Of a stretch of DNA of 34,983 nucleotides, positions 1 to 10,061 are shown one piece after another. The translations under genes were made by a program, and so were the position numbers. The stretch is from Candidatus Thorarchaeota archaeon. GTDB taxonomy: Archaea; Asgardarchaeota; Thorarchaeia; Thorarchaeales; Thorarchaeaceae. The notes beneath the pieces were generated by a model. That model ran no database searches. It had not been told where the DNA came from and saw nothing but the letters and a program-made list of their open reading frames with translations. Location of the stretch: assembly GCA_048884945.1 (NCBI GenBank), contig JBHLQJ010000003.1, forward strand, positions 1-34,983, given 5' to 3'. Each line of letters starts with the position of its first letter. Position 1 is the first letter of the stretch.

Positions 1-1
1 T

Positions 2-520
2 GAAAACACGTCACCAGTCAAACGACTTGAACAGATAACTGCTAAATCGTTCGGTGAAATCGAGAACAAGGTGAAGATTCTCACTCCAAAGGGATTTAAT
101 GAACAAGGAGCATTGATTGACGACCTAGAGTTATATTTACTTGGAAACACGAAGCTCGTTATAATTGATACTTTGACTAGGTACTATAGACTGGAACTCG
201 AAGATAAGAAGACAAACTATGTCAAACATAGAGAGTTGAATAGGCAAGCTGGATTTTTGAAGGGGTTAGCGAGAAACAAAGATGTTGCAGTATTAGTATT
301 GAATCAGGTTAGAGCTCAAATCAAAGGTTTTGATGACTTTGAACCTGTTGCAAAGAACATCCTAGACTTTTGGTCAGATTACACAATTAAATTACGTGTT
401 GCCCGAGGAACAGGCGAGAGAATCATTCAAAGAATCGCACCTGATGGAGAGTATTCGGACAGGCGACTATATCTCATTGAGGAAGGCCTATCGTCTGAAA
501 AGCCTCATGAGAAAGAGTGA
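2..520 (+). CDS. radB: DNA repair and recombination protein RadB (RecA-family paralog), 5'-truncated by the window edge
   Basis: Frame is open from base 2 (ENTSPVKRLEQIT...). Walker B 'LVIIDTLTRYYR', 'AVLVLNQV' and a short C-terminus fit RadB. Walker A lies outside the window. Confidence 0.8.
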   Translation, partial: ENTSPVKRLEQITAKSFGEIENKVKILTPKGFNEQGALIDDLELYLLGNTKLVIIDTLTRYYRLELEDKKTNYVKHRELNRQAGFLKGLARNKDVAVLVLNQVRAQIKGFDDFEPVAKNILDFWSDYTIKLRVARGTGERIIQRIAPDGEYSDRRLYLIEEGLSSEKPHEKE

Positions 521-1119
521 AATTGGTTAACTCGACGACAGACACGGAGTATTACTCGATGTACGAGGAACTTGCCATCTTTGAACTTTCGATTTGGCTT
601 GGGTTATCAGCATGGGTAGCTAATGCTACACCTGTGATAGGTGGAGGTGGAAAGCCAATTGATGGAGGCAGGAATTTTCGTGATGGTAGGCGCATATTGG
701 GTAATGGTAAAACGATTCGAGGGTTCATCATAGGGGTGTTCTTTGGTACACTCACAGGGATAGGACAGTTTCTGGCTGCCCCTTATCTAAGGCCACTACT
801 TGCGCAATTTGTTTCCATTACACCTGAGATGGACTATGTTTTGAGCATTAGTGTTCCAGTAGCATTTCTCTTGTCACTGGGAACCCTTACCGGAGATGTG
901 GTTGGTTCATTTATCAAAAGAAGAGTAGGCGTAAAAAGTGGAGATCCATCACCATTTCTGGATCAAACGGGATTTATTATCATGGCACTGATTTTTGCAT
1001 CGCCACTAATGGCACCAAGTCCAATCTTTGTGATGATTCTTATACTAACTACTTTGGGAATACACTGGCTTAGTAACGCACTGAGTTACTTGCTGGGTCT
1101 GAAAAAGAATCCATGGTAG
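517..1119 (+). CDS. carS: CDP-archaeol synthase (CDP-2,3-bis-O-geranylgeranyl-sn-glycerol synthase)
   Basis: Motifs 'ANATPV..GGGKPIDGG..F.DGRRILGNGKTIRG', 'GD.VGSFIKRR', 'PFLDQ' and C-terminal 'GLKKNPW'; multiple TM helices. True start may be ATG 559. Confidence 0.93.
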   Translation: MKLVNSTTDTEYYSMYEELAIFELSIWLGLSAWVANATPVIGGGGKPIDGGRNFRDGRRILGNGKTIRGFIIGVFFGTLTGIGQFLAAPYLRPLLAQFVSITPEMDYVLSISVPVAFLLSLGTLTGDVVGSFIKRRVGVKSGDPSPFLDQTGFIIMALIFASPLMAPSPIFVMILILTTLGIHWLSNALSYLLGLKKNPW

Positions 1120-1215
1120 ATATTGCACAAGGAAAACCATAAAAGGTGACTAAAAAATACTAATCCATCTACATCAATTCCACTGGAGTACTTGAATATC
1201 CATGTGATTTGATGA

Positions 1216-2112
1216 GTGCTCAAGTTTCTAGAAACCGGAGTAGTCCTAACAATGATGGTCAAAGATTGTATGCAATCGGACGTAGTATACGTATCAGTGC
1301 CAGGAACTAGAGAAGATGTTCTTCAGCTTATGGCAGAGAAGCAAATAAACGGCGTTCCTGTGGTAAAGAAAGCGACCAAGTCACTAGTAGGAATGGTTAC
1401 CAGAACAGATCTTCTCCGTAAGGCTGACGAGAATCAACTGGCAATGCTCATGGTGAGAAACCCGGAAACCGTGACTCCTAGGACTGATATCAGGACTGCT
1501 CTGAAGCTAATGATTGAGAAAAAATACAGAAGACTTCCTGTTGTTGAAAAGGATGAGCTTGTTGGCTTAGTTTCCGTCCCAGATATTCTAGGAGCAACCC
1601 TTGAGAATAACAAGAAATATGGCTCAATGGATATTTCCAAATTTGTCACACGAGCATTGAGTGCTGTCTGGGAGAAGACACCCATTTCACTCTCATACAT
1701 GATAATGGAGATGGCTGGAAAAAATAGCCTTGTTGTGCTTAGTGAAGGGGGCGGCGTGACAGGAGTAATAACTGTCAGTGATTACATTCGCCTCTCCGAA
1801 GTTACGGTCGAAAACAACATTTCACAGACTTTTAGTGGTACAGATAGTACAGTCGATTGGGGATGGACTTCGAAAGATTTTCTTGTCGTCACCAAGAAAC
1901 TTCTTCGATTGCCAAGCAAGGCTGTTGAAGAGGTAATGACTAAGAACATCATCAACTTCACCGAAATCACTACTGTGTCCGAATGCGTTAGAACACTCAG
2001 GATTGAAGAAATCGATCAGGCACCTGTATTGTCTGTTACGGGAAGTCTTGTAGGCATGATTGAGGATCAAGATCTACTACCTTTAGCTCTTGAGTCACAG
2101 AATGGGGACTAA
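1216..2112 (+). CDS. CBS-domain protein (four CBS repeats, two Bateman modules)
   Basis: Repeats 'GVPVV..LVGMVTRTDLL', 'RLPVV..LVGLVSVPDIL', 'GVITVSDYI', 'APVL..LVGMIEDQDLL'. Likely start ATG 1252. Confidence 0.88.
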   Translation: MLKFLETGVVLTMMVKDCMQSDVVYVSVPGTREDVLQLMAEKQINGVPVVKKATKSLVGMVTRTDLLRKADENQLAMLMVRNPETVTPRTDIRTALKLMIEKKYRRLPVVEKDELVGLVSVPDILGATLENNKKYGSMDISKFVTRALSAVWEKTPISLSYMIMEMAGKNSLVVLSEGGGVTGVITVSDYIRLSEVTVENNISQTFSGTDSTVDWGWTSKDFLVVTKKLLRLPSKAVEEVMTKNIINFTEITTVSECVRTLRIEEIDQAPVLSVTGSLVGMIEDQDLLPLALESQNGD

Positions 2113-5100
2113 GACTCGAAGATATCAAAATCAGTTAGTGAAGTCTGTTCTGACACGAAAAGTGAGTCTAAAGAAACTTTGATGAGTTTCAACCGTTCCT
2201 GTTGATACTGATCCAGACCGTGTTCTTCGATGATTTTCCTAGTTACGTCCAAATACTTTGAGATATTCTTCTGCCTGACGGTCAGGGAGAGTTTACTCCC
2301 ACATATACAATTGCCAGAAAGAGGGATACGTCTATAGATCCTTCGACACTTCTGGCACTGAATCTTCTGTGTAGAATAAGCTCTCAGATTACCCCGAATG
2401 TCACGGAAGAAATGATGTGATAAAACCCTTTCAGCAACATCTTTTGCATCAACTGCTGAGATAAGAGTAGCAAGTTTCAATTGAGCGTTCAATTTCTCAT
2501 CCATGCTACCTAATACCTTGTATCTCGTATTTTTAGGACCAGAGTCGAATGATGATGTACTATGTGTGAATCCAAATCCTTCATACTGCGCAGCTGAATT
2601 AAGTCGGGATGCAACGATGTCGACTAGTTTCTCTACATCCTTTGGAGGTCTTGCCTCCGCCACCATATTGTAAAACTCAGCAGGATATCGTCTACAGACT
2701 TCCATATTATGACTCTCATCGTCAACCTCAGTTGGCTTAAGAATGACTGAAAGAACGAGAGGCGCGTCCATCAGACCACCTCTTCCAGCTGGAAGATAGC
2801 TCTTTGAAAAATTGAGAAGTGCGTCAAGAACCAATATGAGCGCATCTTCATCGCCATCACAGTTTCTTCTCTTAGCTGCATGCCAATATGGATGAGCATA
2901 GCAAACGCTGGCATTTGTGAACCCAATAATACGGCCAATTATTCCAGCTGATGTGTGTGGCGCAAGACCAATGATAAGTTGTCCAATGACATCTTCTTGG
3001 ACATCAAATTTGTAGAACCTGTCTAAGCCATATATCTTTTCTAGACAGTCGTCAATGAACCGTCCGACTCTCACCAAGTACATCGCACAGTTCTCTGGCA
3101 CGATGATGTCCTGAACCCTGAGTTCAACTACTTGATCATTCGTGATTAGAGGCTCTCCATATTGATCTGTGACGTAACCAAGCTCATGTAGGCGACTTAC
3201 AGGAGTGCCTATCTCTCTTGGAGTGAAGTGCGTCAATGGAGCATCAGTGGCATCAAAGCGTGCTGTTCCGTCACGATAGCAATATACATCATGTTTGGCT
3301 CGGAGAATGCCTTTTCCAAGATACTCAGGTATTTTGTAGTCACTAGTGAGGCCCAAAACACCACGGACACCATGCGCCTCGAACTCACTGACCTCAGTCT
3401 TGACTCGATTAATTAAACCTGTCATATCTACTTGGACTTTCTTAGTAATTCGAATGAGGTTCATATCATGGCTATATTGACACATTCCAGTGTTGGGATC
3501 GACTGGTCGCCCACAGTCTTCATGGGAACACCATGGTTGAATATTGGTGTGTACTCTACATTTAGGACATCGTGATTCAAAGGTTTCAGATGAACAACTT
3601 GGGCAGATTCTAGATACCATCTCCAGCTCTACACCATTAGAGTCAGTAGTGTCAAGTCCAATCGAGTCTCCTTCAAAGGTATCAAGGGTTGATATGTGCT
3701 CTACACTCTTTGCTACTTCCTCTATTCGACGTTCAGTTCCTTTTGAACGGCCAACAGGAAATAGAGCTTGAACTGGTGGCTTCATCCGTCGTTCTTCAGC
3801 TTTCTCAGGTCGGCCCATCCTAGCCCCAATAGAGAAACCGACTTTGTCCATTAATTTCACGGATGCTACTGAACTCATCAGTTCGAGAGGCGTAGTTCCC
3901 CTTGGAGTTGCCTCTTTCTTTCCAAGTTGAGCGAGAATGGATACTGCATCATCGGTAAGATGAATTTTCTTTTTTCCAGATGCCAAAGTGTGGGGGATTG
4001 CTGCTTTCTCTAACAGGTGTTTGTGTTCAGTTCTGAAGGGCAAAATCATCGTGGTTTCTTTGATGGTGTGTTTTGTAAGGAGCCACTCTCTCAGTTTCAG
4101 CGTTTCTTCAGGATTAAGCGCCATCCAGCGATATAGATAGAATGGATGAAGTGGAATTTTTAGCTTTTTTGAAAGATGGACTGCTTGAGATGCACTTGGA
4201 ATCCGTGCGAGTGGAGAGTCTACAAACTGATTAATCTCCTCAGGAGTCATATCAGATTTCGAAAGATGTTTTTTTAGCTCAGTCAGTGTTATTTTTGAAA
4301 CAGCACGGTCAAGATCATGGGACCACCATTCTTCACAATATCCTGAAGGGACAAGAGGGTGATTGTTTTCGAGAAATTCACCTAATGCAACAAGGATATC
4401 ACCAAGATACAAGATTTTTTCGACATTACCTTCGAGCATTTTAGCTTCATTGATGTCGCGCACTCGAACAACAGAGCCATCCTTCAGGAGAGCAATAGGT
4501 CCTTCAATAGAGTCAACAGGTGCCACAATAGAGCCCTTTCCCGGTCTCTCAGTTCGGATGTGTGTACCAGGAGCAAGAAACTCTTCCACTATGTACATGG
4601 TCGCAGGATGTATTCCGACGCCGGCAAGTCCTGTATTCCGTGACCTGCCATATCTCAGTCTGAACCCTCCGATACGTGATGGGTGAGAAAAAACGGGGCG
4701 TCCGCCAATAACATCAGCTAAGTACTCAAATTTAGGTTCAAGCTTCTTATCTACTGTGTCTTCCTCTGCACGAGATGCGACTTTTGATATTCTGGAGGCA
4801 AGTTCATCAAGCCAGTCCCAGCCGCTTATTTGATTGGTAGTCACAATCTTTGCTAGTTTCACAGCTCGTCCTACGACACCATCATTGAGAACAAGAACTG
4901 CTCCTCCACGGACCCTATTGGTTTCAATGCGTTCCAAATCACGACTTCCTGACACCTCGAACGCTTCAGTTGGTTCACCAGTCAACATTATTGGTAGTCG
5001 TGATGCAGCAAAACGTACTAAGTCAGGATAGACTGGGTATTGGAGATGAATATTTCGAGCATAAAGCTCAACCTCTTCTAATGCACGTTCGGTTTCTTCT

Positions 5101-5651
5101 ACTGTTGCCTTGAAAGCAGGCAGATTCAGTACTTGACGGACATAATCAGCTACTAGAACTGTCATAGCTGCTTCAGTTCCACCCGCGGCACGTATAGGTC
5201 CAGCGAGATAAAGAGCAAGATACCTGTCATCGCCAGAGCCTCTAATCCGAACCTTTGCGATTCCCTCGAGTGGTGCAGCAGTAATGCTCTCTGTAAGAAT
5301 TGAGAGCCCAACTCTGACTGCCTTGTCTGCAGCTTTCTCTGCGTCTTCAATCTGACCAAGTTTCCCCTCTGCTATCTCCTTGGCTATTGCAAAAGCGACT
5401 TCTTCTCGAGATTTTTCTTCTTGCAACTCGCGTATTCTTTTGGCAACACCTATAGGACCCTCTAGCGTTGCTTCAACACGAGCAGCCACATCATGAGCAG
5501 GTGGAATTTCTACCCTTGTCGTTGGGTCAAATCCCTGCAGTCTTGCTGTTTCTGCGATAGCATATAGAGTATGTATATTCTCATTTAGCAAACTGAAATA
5601 CTGTTTGTAGAAGATGCTATGCTCAGGGAGACTCAGGTCAGATTCGGTCAC
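2109..5651 (-). CDS. polC: DNA polymerase D large subunit DP2
   Basis: 'AGPIRAAGGT', 'GGFRLRYGRSRNTG', 'GARMGRPEKA', catalytic 'KRRNCDGDED', Zn fingers, C-terminal PIP-box-like 'QTSLTDF'. 1180 aa, no intein. Confidence 0.98.
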   Translation of the reverse strand: MTESDLSLPEHSIFYKQYFSLLNENIHTLYAIAETARLQGFDPTTRVEIPPAHDVAARVEATLEGPIGVAKRIRELQEEKSREEVAFAIAKEIAEGKLGQIEDAEKAADKAVRVGLSILTESITAAPLEGIAKVRIRGSGDDRYLALYLAGPIRAAGGTEAAMTVLVADYVRQVLNLPAFKATVEETERALEEVELYARNIHLQYPVYPDLVRFAASRLPIMLTGEPTEAFEVSGSRDLERIETNRVRGGAVLVLNDGVVGRAVKLAKIVTTNQISGWDWLDELASRISKVASRAEEDTVDKKLEPKFEYLADVIGGRPVFSHPSRIGGFRLRYGRSRNTGLAGVGIHPATMYIVEEFLAPGTHIRTERPGKGSIVAPVDSIEGPIALLKDGSVVRVRDINEAKMLEGNVEKILYLGDILVALGEFLENNHPLVPSGYCEEWWSHDLDRAVSKITLTELKKHLSKSDMTPEEINQFVDSPLARIPSASQAVHLSKKLKIPLHPFYLYRWMALNPEETLKLREWLLTKHTIKETTMILPFRTEHKHLLEKAAIPHTLASGKKKIHLTDDAVSILAQLGKKEATPRGTTPLELMSSVASVKLMDKVGFSIGARMGRPEKAEERRMKPPVQALFPVGRSKGTERRIEEVAKSVEHISTLDTFEGDSIGLDTTDSNGVELEMVSRICPSCSSETFESRCPKCRVHTNIQPWCSHEDCGRPVDPNTGMCQYSHDMNLIRITKKVQVDMTGLINRVKTEVSEFEAHGVRGVLGLTSDYKIPEYLGKGILRAKHDVYCYRDGTARFDATDAPLTHFTPREIGTPVSRLHELGYVTDQYGEPLITNDQVVELRVQDIIVPENCAMYLVRVGRFIDDCLEKIYGLDRFYKFDVQEDVIGQLIIGLAPHTSAGIIGRIIGFTNASVCYAHPYWHAAKRRNCDGDEDALILVLDALLNFSKSYLPAGRGGLMDAPLVLSVILKPTEVDDESHNMEVCRRYPAEFYNMVAEARPPKDVEKLVDIVASRLNSAAQYEGFGFTHSTSSFDSGPKNTRYKVLGSMDEKLNAQLKLATLISAVDAKDVAERVLSHHFFRDIRGNLRAYSTQKIQCQKCRRIYRRIPLSGNCICGSKLSLTVRQKNISKYLDVTRKIIEEHGLDQYQQERLKLIKVSLDSLFVSEQTSLTDFDIFES

Positions 5652-5803
5652 AGCGATTCAACTTCTTTCTATCATGAGGGTGTATTTGTGTTTCGCTTGA
5701 TGATACTTACAAATTCACCAAGCTCGTACTTGTTGAGGAGATTACTTTAAAGCAGATGGGCATGACCATAAAATAGTCTACGCCACCATACAAGCAATAG
5801 AAG

Positions 5804-7600
5804 GTGACTCAGTTGCTCACTCTTGAAGAAACGATAGAACTGATTCTAAAACACAGGTCCGATTATGAACGTAAAGACATTCTGGAAATGATTGAAGAGA
5901 AACGAGAGGAACTCGGACGTGAGGTTATCAATGACGAGTCTGCAGCCATGATAGTGGCTAGAGAACTCGGAGTTGATCTTCATCAAATTTCACCAAAAGC
6001 ACGCCAGAGAGTTGAGGACATTACCGAAACTACAAGAAACATTGCTCTCACTGCCAAGATAATCAATATGGGTACCGTTCGAACTTTTACACGTAAGAAT
6101 GGAGGAGGAGAAGGGAGGGTTGCTAGTATAATGGTATCAGATGAAACGGGGTCTATCAGAGTGGTCTTATGGGATGACCTCACAAATGCTGTTTCTGATA
6201 ATGTTGTTTCTGTTGGTGATGTAATTCAAATACGAGGAGCCTACGTGAAGAAAGGACTTGGAGACTCATTAGAACTGAACTTGGGTAGAATGGGACAAAT
6301 TAGAATCTTGGAAGACTATGAGATTGAAGATCTCGGTATCGATTTCTCGGATAAATCAACCTTGGATCAGAAAATTGGTGATCTCAAAGAGGGATTATTC
6401 AATGTCAGTTTAAAAGTGAAAATTCAGAGAGTATTCCAGCTTTCTACGTTTACAAGACAAAGAGATGGTTCTGAGGGAAAAGTCCTAAGCGTTGTGGGAG
6501 CTGATGAAACGGGGAGCGCTAGACTTGTTTTTTGGGATGAGAAAGCTTCAGAGATGGAGGATGTGGAGGAAGGTGAAATCATCCAACTCAAGGGTGTAAA
6601 CACCAGGTTGAATCGAGATGGCACTGAAGTTGAAGTGCATGTTGGGAGGGCAGCTTCAATAGAGCGAGGGCTTAAAGAGAAGATTGATGCGGTTGAAGCG
6701 GCGTCAGGCAGAAGCGAGTCAAAACCTCTTGGATTAAAGGGAATCGCAGACTTGACAACAGGTATGTGGGATGTTGATGTTGAGGGGAAAGTTGTTACCG
6801 TCTATGACGCGACCAATTTTACAACAAAAGACGGTCGCGATGGACAAGTCAGAAATGTTATTCTTGCTGACGAGTCGGGTAAAACTCGTGTTACTTTTTG
6901 GAATGAGGATGTTGACAAGATAGAAGACATCAAGGAAGGCGATATTCTCAAGATTCTTCACGGGTATGTGAAAGAGGGATTCAGAGGTGGTGTGGAATTC
7001 CAAGTTGGGCGCAAAGCAGAGATTCACATCAATCCTAAAGGATCCAAACTTGAGAAACTTGACGTATCGCAGGTATCCCTCCAACCGATGACAAAGGCTT
7101 CAAGAGTCTTAATTGGTGATATTGATGATAATATGGAAGGTAAAAGTGTAGAGATTTGTGGTATAGTTGTGAATTTGAGTCAAGCAACAAGCCCAATATA
7201 TCAAGCATGCCCAAGCTGTAACAAGAAACTGGATGAAACAGATAAGGGGTTTGTCTGCAAGTCTTGTGGAAAAGTTGACAAACCTGAACCTAGAATGTTG
7301 TACAAGATAACTATAGATGATGGATCAGGGCCAATCAGAGTAACGCTATTCGGTAAGGTTGGAGAAGAACTGCTTCAGATGACTGCAGACGAAGCAAATG
7401 AAATGATCAAGAAGACTGGGAAAGTCGACCAACCAATTGTTGAGAATACTGACAAGGTTGTTGGAAAGTATATCGCAATCCATGGTCGTGTGAAGAAATT
7501 CAGAGACTCGTTCGACCTTTCAGCAAGTGGTTTTGAGTATGCAGATTCAGTGAGAGAAACAAAGCGAATGAAAGAAGAGATTCAGAAAGAGGTAGGCTAA
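5804..7600 (+). CDS. rpa: Replication protein A large subunit (four OB folds, Zn finger in the last)
   Basis: Three repeats of 'DETGSIRVVLWD / DETGSARLVFWD / DESGKTRVTFWN', plus a fourth OB fold with CPSC...CKSC and 'DDGSGPIRVTLFG'. Confidence 0.92.
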   Translation: MTQLLTLEETIELILKHRSDYERKDILEMIEEKREELGREVINDESAAMIVARELGVDLHQISPKARQRVEDITETTRNIALTAKIINMGTVRTFTRKNGGGEGRVASIMVSDETGSIRVVLWDDLTNAVSDNVVSVGDVIQIRGAYVKKGLGDSLELNLGRMGQIRILEDYEIEDLGIDFSDKSTLDQKIGDLKEGLFNVSLKVKIQRVFQLSTFTRQRDGSEGKVLSVVGADETGSARLVFWDEKASEMEDVEEGEIIQLKGVNTRLNRDGTEVEVHVGRAASIERGLKEKIDAVEAASGRSESKPLGLKGIADLTTGMWDVDVEGKVVTVYDATNFTTKDGRDGQVRNVILADESGKTRVTFWNEDVDKIEDIKEGDILKILHGYVKEGFRGGVEFQVGRKAEIHINPKGSKLEKLDVSQVSLQPMTKASRVLIGDIDDNMEGKSVEICGIVVNLSQATSPIYQACPSCNKKLDETDKGFVCKSCGKVDKPEPRMLYKITIDDGSGPIRVTLFGKVGEELLQMTADEANEMIKKTGKVDQPIVENTDKVVGKYIAIHGRVKKFRDSFDLSASGFEYADSVRETKRMKEEIQKEVG

Positions 7601-7691
7601 AACGGTGTTCTAGGCACTTGATTCCACAATATTTTATCAATAAATGATATTATTCATTTTTATAATCGATTTAGTGCATGTGAAATACATA

Positions 7692-7964
7692 ATGAATCCA
7701 GTTCGATTGGTTGTTGCAGAGCGTAATTATCTAAAGGGTGTTCTTAGAGCATTCTTAGAAGGGAAAAAGAATCAGAACTATGTCATTGGATGTTTCAGAA
7801 ACGTTCCCATTTCCATTTTTGATGAGATTGCACAAGAACTATCACAATACTCGAATACACCACAGTTTAGTGAGCTCTACAATCTACGGAAAAAACTCTT
7901 ACAAAATTTAAGTGACAGAACAGAAAAGACTCGTTGGAGTCCTTGGGCAATTAGTAAATATTAA
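7692..7964 (+). CDS. Hypothetical protein (~90 aa)
   Basis: ORF fills the gap between RPA and sufS. ATG 7692 lies ~30 nt after TATA-like TTTATAA. No recognisable motif. Confidence 0.55.
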   Translation: MNPVRLVVAERNYLKGVLRAFLEGKKNQNYVIGCFRNVPISIFDEIAQELSQYSNTPQFSELYNLRKKLLQNLSDRTEKTRWSPWAISKY

Positions 7965-7978
7965 TCAGCTTTTGAGAA

Positions 7979-9220
7979 CTACTTGCTGGCTTCGATTAGT
8001 GTTTCTAACCCTGATAGAAATATATCAACATCATCACGGTTGTTATACAGATAGAAGCTGGCTCTTGCAGTTCCCTTTTTTGGATCTATGCCCATTTGAT
8101 AGTGAAATGGTCCGACACAGTGCCAACCACTACGAATCATCACACTGAATTCATCGTTCAAGAAAGTAGCGACATCATGAGAAGAAGGGACCGTATCAAT
8201 CGTAAATGCAACGAGTCCTGTTTTTATATTGATATTATCAGTGCCAAATATGTGAACATGTCCCATATCACAAAGTCGTTTTAGAGCAACCTCAAGCAGC
8301 GATCGTTCGTATTTCTCAATCTCGTGCATCCCTATAGATTGAAGATATTGTGCAGCGGCACCTGCGCCAATCGCTCCTGCATAATTCTGTAGTCCAGCCT
8401 CGAACTTCTCGGGAGGTGGTAGATACTTGGGAATTATCTTTCCATTCTCGTAACGTACATCACTCACCGTATCCCCACCATAGAAACACATGTTCATGGA
8501 TTTTAGATGTTCTAGCTTACCATATAGAACACCCATCCCAGTTGGTCCACACATCTTGTGAACAGAGATAGCTGAGAAATCAACATCAAGTTCTTGAACA
8601 TCAAGTGGATGGTGAGGGGCGTACTGGGCATCATCACTCATGACCAGAGCTCCAGAGTCGTGTGCAATTTCTACAATCTCCTTCAGTGGAGCAATTGTAC
8701 CTGTCACATTTGATGAGTGAACAATTGACACTAGGCTTGTGTTGCGGTCTATCGCGGTTTTCCAGTCCTCAATTTCAAATGTACCATCTGGCTGTACCTC
8801 AACAATCTCGATGTCTAATCCATCTCTTCGAGCCCGTTCTACAAAGGGCAGTGAACCGCTGTGATGTTCAAGAGATGTTGTAATGATTTTAGAGCCCTTT
8901 GGTATCTTTAATGAGCTCGCAACAATGTTCAGTGATTCAGTAGCATTTCTAGTCCAGATGCATTCTTTTTCTTCAGCGGCATTCAGAAATTGAGCAATTT
9001 TGTGCCTAGCCTCAGTGTAGGCATTGGAAGCCTCTTCTCCAAACTTGTGGATACTTCTACCTCCACACGCAGGATAGAATTCATAGTACTCATTCATCGC
9101 ATCAATTACTTGTTGAGGCTTGAGGGCCATACATGCACTATCTAGGTATACCACTGGATGACCGTTGATAATGCGTCTGAGAGCAGGGAAGTCGCTTCTG
9201 ATTTTGGCCCAGTTCATCAT
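7979..9220 (-). CDS. sufS: SufS-type (group II) cysteine desulfurase, PLP-dependent
   Basis: 'IRSDFPAL', 'VYLDSA', 'TRNATESLN', 'LEHHS', PLP Lys in 'SVHKMCGPTG', 'KFEAG', catalytic Cys in 'RSGWHC', 'RASFYLYN'. Start placed at ATG 9220. Confidence 0.9.
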   Translation of the reverse strand: MMNWAKIRSDFPALRRIINGHPVVYLDSACMALKPQQVIDAMNEYYEFYPACGGRSIHKFGEEASNAYTEARHKIAQFLNAAEEKECIWTRNATESLNIVASSLKIPKGSKIITTSLEHHSGSLPFVERARRDGLDIEIVEVQPDGTFEIEDWKTAIDRNTSLVSIVHSSNVTGTIAPLKEIVEIAHDSGALVMSDDAQYAPHHPLDVQELDVDFSAISVHKMCGPTGMGVLYGKLEHLKSMNMCFYGGDTVSDVRYENGKIIPKYLPPPEKFEAGLQNYAGAIGAGAAAQYLQSIGMHEIEKYERSLLEVALKRLCDMGHVHIFGTDNINIKTGLVAFTIDTVPSSHDVATFLNDEFSVMIRSGWHCVGPFHYQMGIDPKKGTARASFYLYNNRDDVDIFLSGLETLIEASK

Positions 9221-9225
9221 GCTGA

Positions 9226-9459
9226 TCAACTCTTTACCAGTTTCCACCGGTAGCCTCCTTTGCCAAATGTCTTTATGATAAATCCCTTTTCAACAAGTTG
9301 ATTTGCCGCAGCCACGAAAGCATCTCCGCCAACACATTCAGTACATAAATCGGCATATTCGTCAGTACTCGCAATCTCAAGTATCTCTTTCGTTGTAAGT
9401 GACTCGACATTTTCTAAGATTTTGAGAACACATTGAGCGTTTTTTGAGAGAGCTGACAT
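9226..9459 (-). CDS. Small winged-helix-like protein with a CxxC motif
   Basis: Pattern 'VLKILE...LTTKEI...ANQLVEKGFIIK...YRWKL' fits a wHTH; contains CTEC; ends 5 nt before the sufS ATG. Confidence 0.6.
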   Translation of the reverse strand: MSALSKNAQCVLKILENVESLTTKEILEIASTDEYADLCTECVGGDAFVAAANQLVEKGFIIKTFGKGGYRWKLVKS

Positions 9460-9618
9460 TACTAGCCGAAGCGCAACACCCTACAATATGAAACCTTCGT
9501 ATTAGGATTGAAAGGCATTCAACAAAACGCTTAAATTAACACCTGAGCCGGTGAGCCCGCTCTATTTCTCTCGGGGCTGCTGCTCTGATATGTCGAAATA
9601 GGTAAAGGGTGAATCTTC

Positions 9619-9870
9619 ATGGGAAGAAGACGAAGACAGAAAGTACGTCGAAGACCACAAAAACGCATTCCAGATGTGTATCCATGTCCTGATTGTGGAA
9701 ATACTGCAATCAAAATCGAGTTGTATCGGGATAATGGTATGGCTACAGTGAAGTGTGGATCTTGTGGACTAGAGATGACCGTTGATGAAGTCAACCCTCT
9801 GACTGAACCAGTAGACATCTATGGGTCTTTTATAGATAGGTTCTATGAGGATAGAAGAGCTGAAGCTTGA
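9619..9870 (+). CDS. elf1: Transcription elongation factor Elf1
   Basis: Basic N-terminus MGRRRR, Zn ribbon CPDC...CGSC, 'LTEPVDIYGSFID'; SD-like GGTGA upstream. Confidence 0.93.
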   Translation: MGRRRRQKVRRRPQKRIPDVYPCPDCGNTAIKIELYRDNGMATVKCGSCGLEMTVDEVNPLTEPVDIYGSFIDRFYEDRRAEA

Positions 9871-9936
9871 CACAGTACAACATCTAGCATTCAGCAATGG
9901 TTATAAGCGGACCAAGTCCGAGGGCAAGCGATTCTG

Positions 9937-10053
9937 ATGCAGACCATTGACACCTTCATTTCCATCTTATTCATCCTACTTGCTGCACTGGGAATCTTAG
10001 CAATTCTTTTCACAATGGGCTACATGGTCTATGGTGAGGAAGAAGAGGAATAG
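9937..10053 (+). CDS. 38-aa single-pass membrane microprotein (absent from the ORF track)
   Basis: My translation is MQTIDTFISILFILLAALGILAILFTMGYMVYGEEEEE*. TATA-like TTATAA at 9901; fills the intergenic gap. Confidence 0.65.
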   Translation: MQTIDTFISILFILLAALGILAILFTMGYMVYGEEEEE

Positions 10054-10061
10054 GCTACGGG

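Noticed and set aside
2109-5651. Intein in DP2 (also considered for Lhr and aIF5B)
   Set aside because: Lengths are ordinary, conserved motifs are contiguous, and no intein splice or LAGLIDADG motifs were seen.
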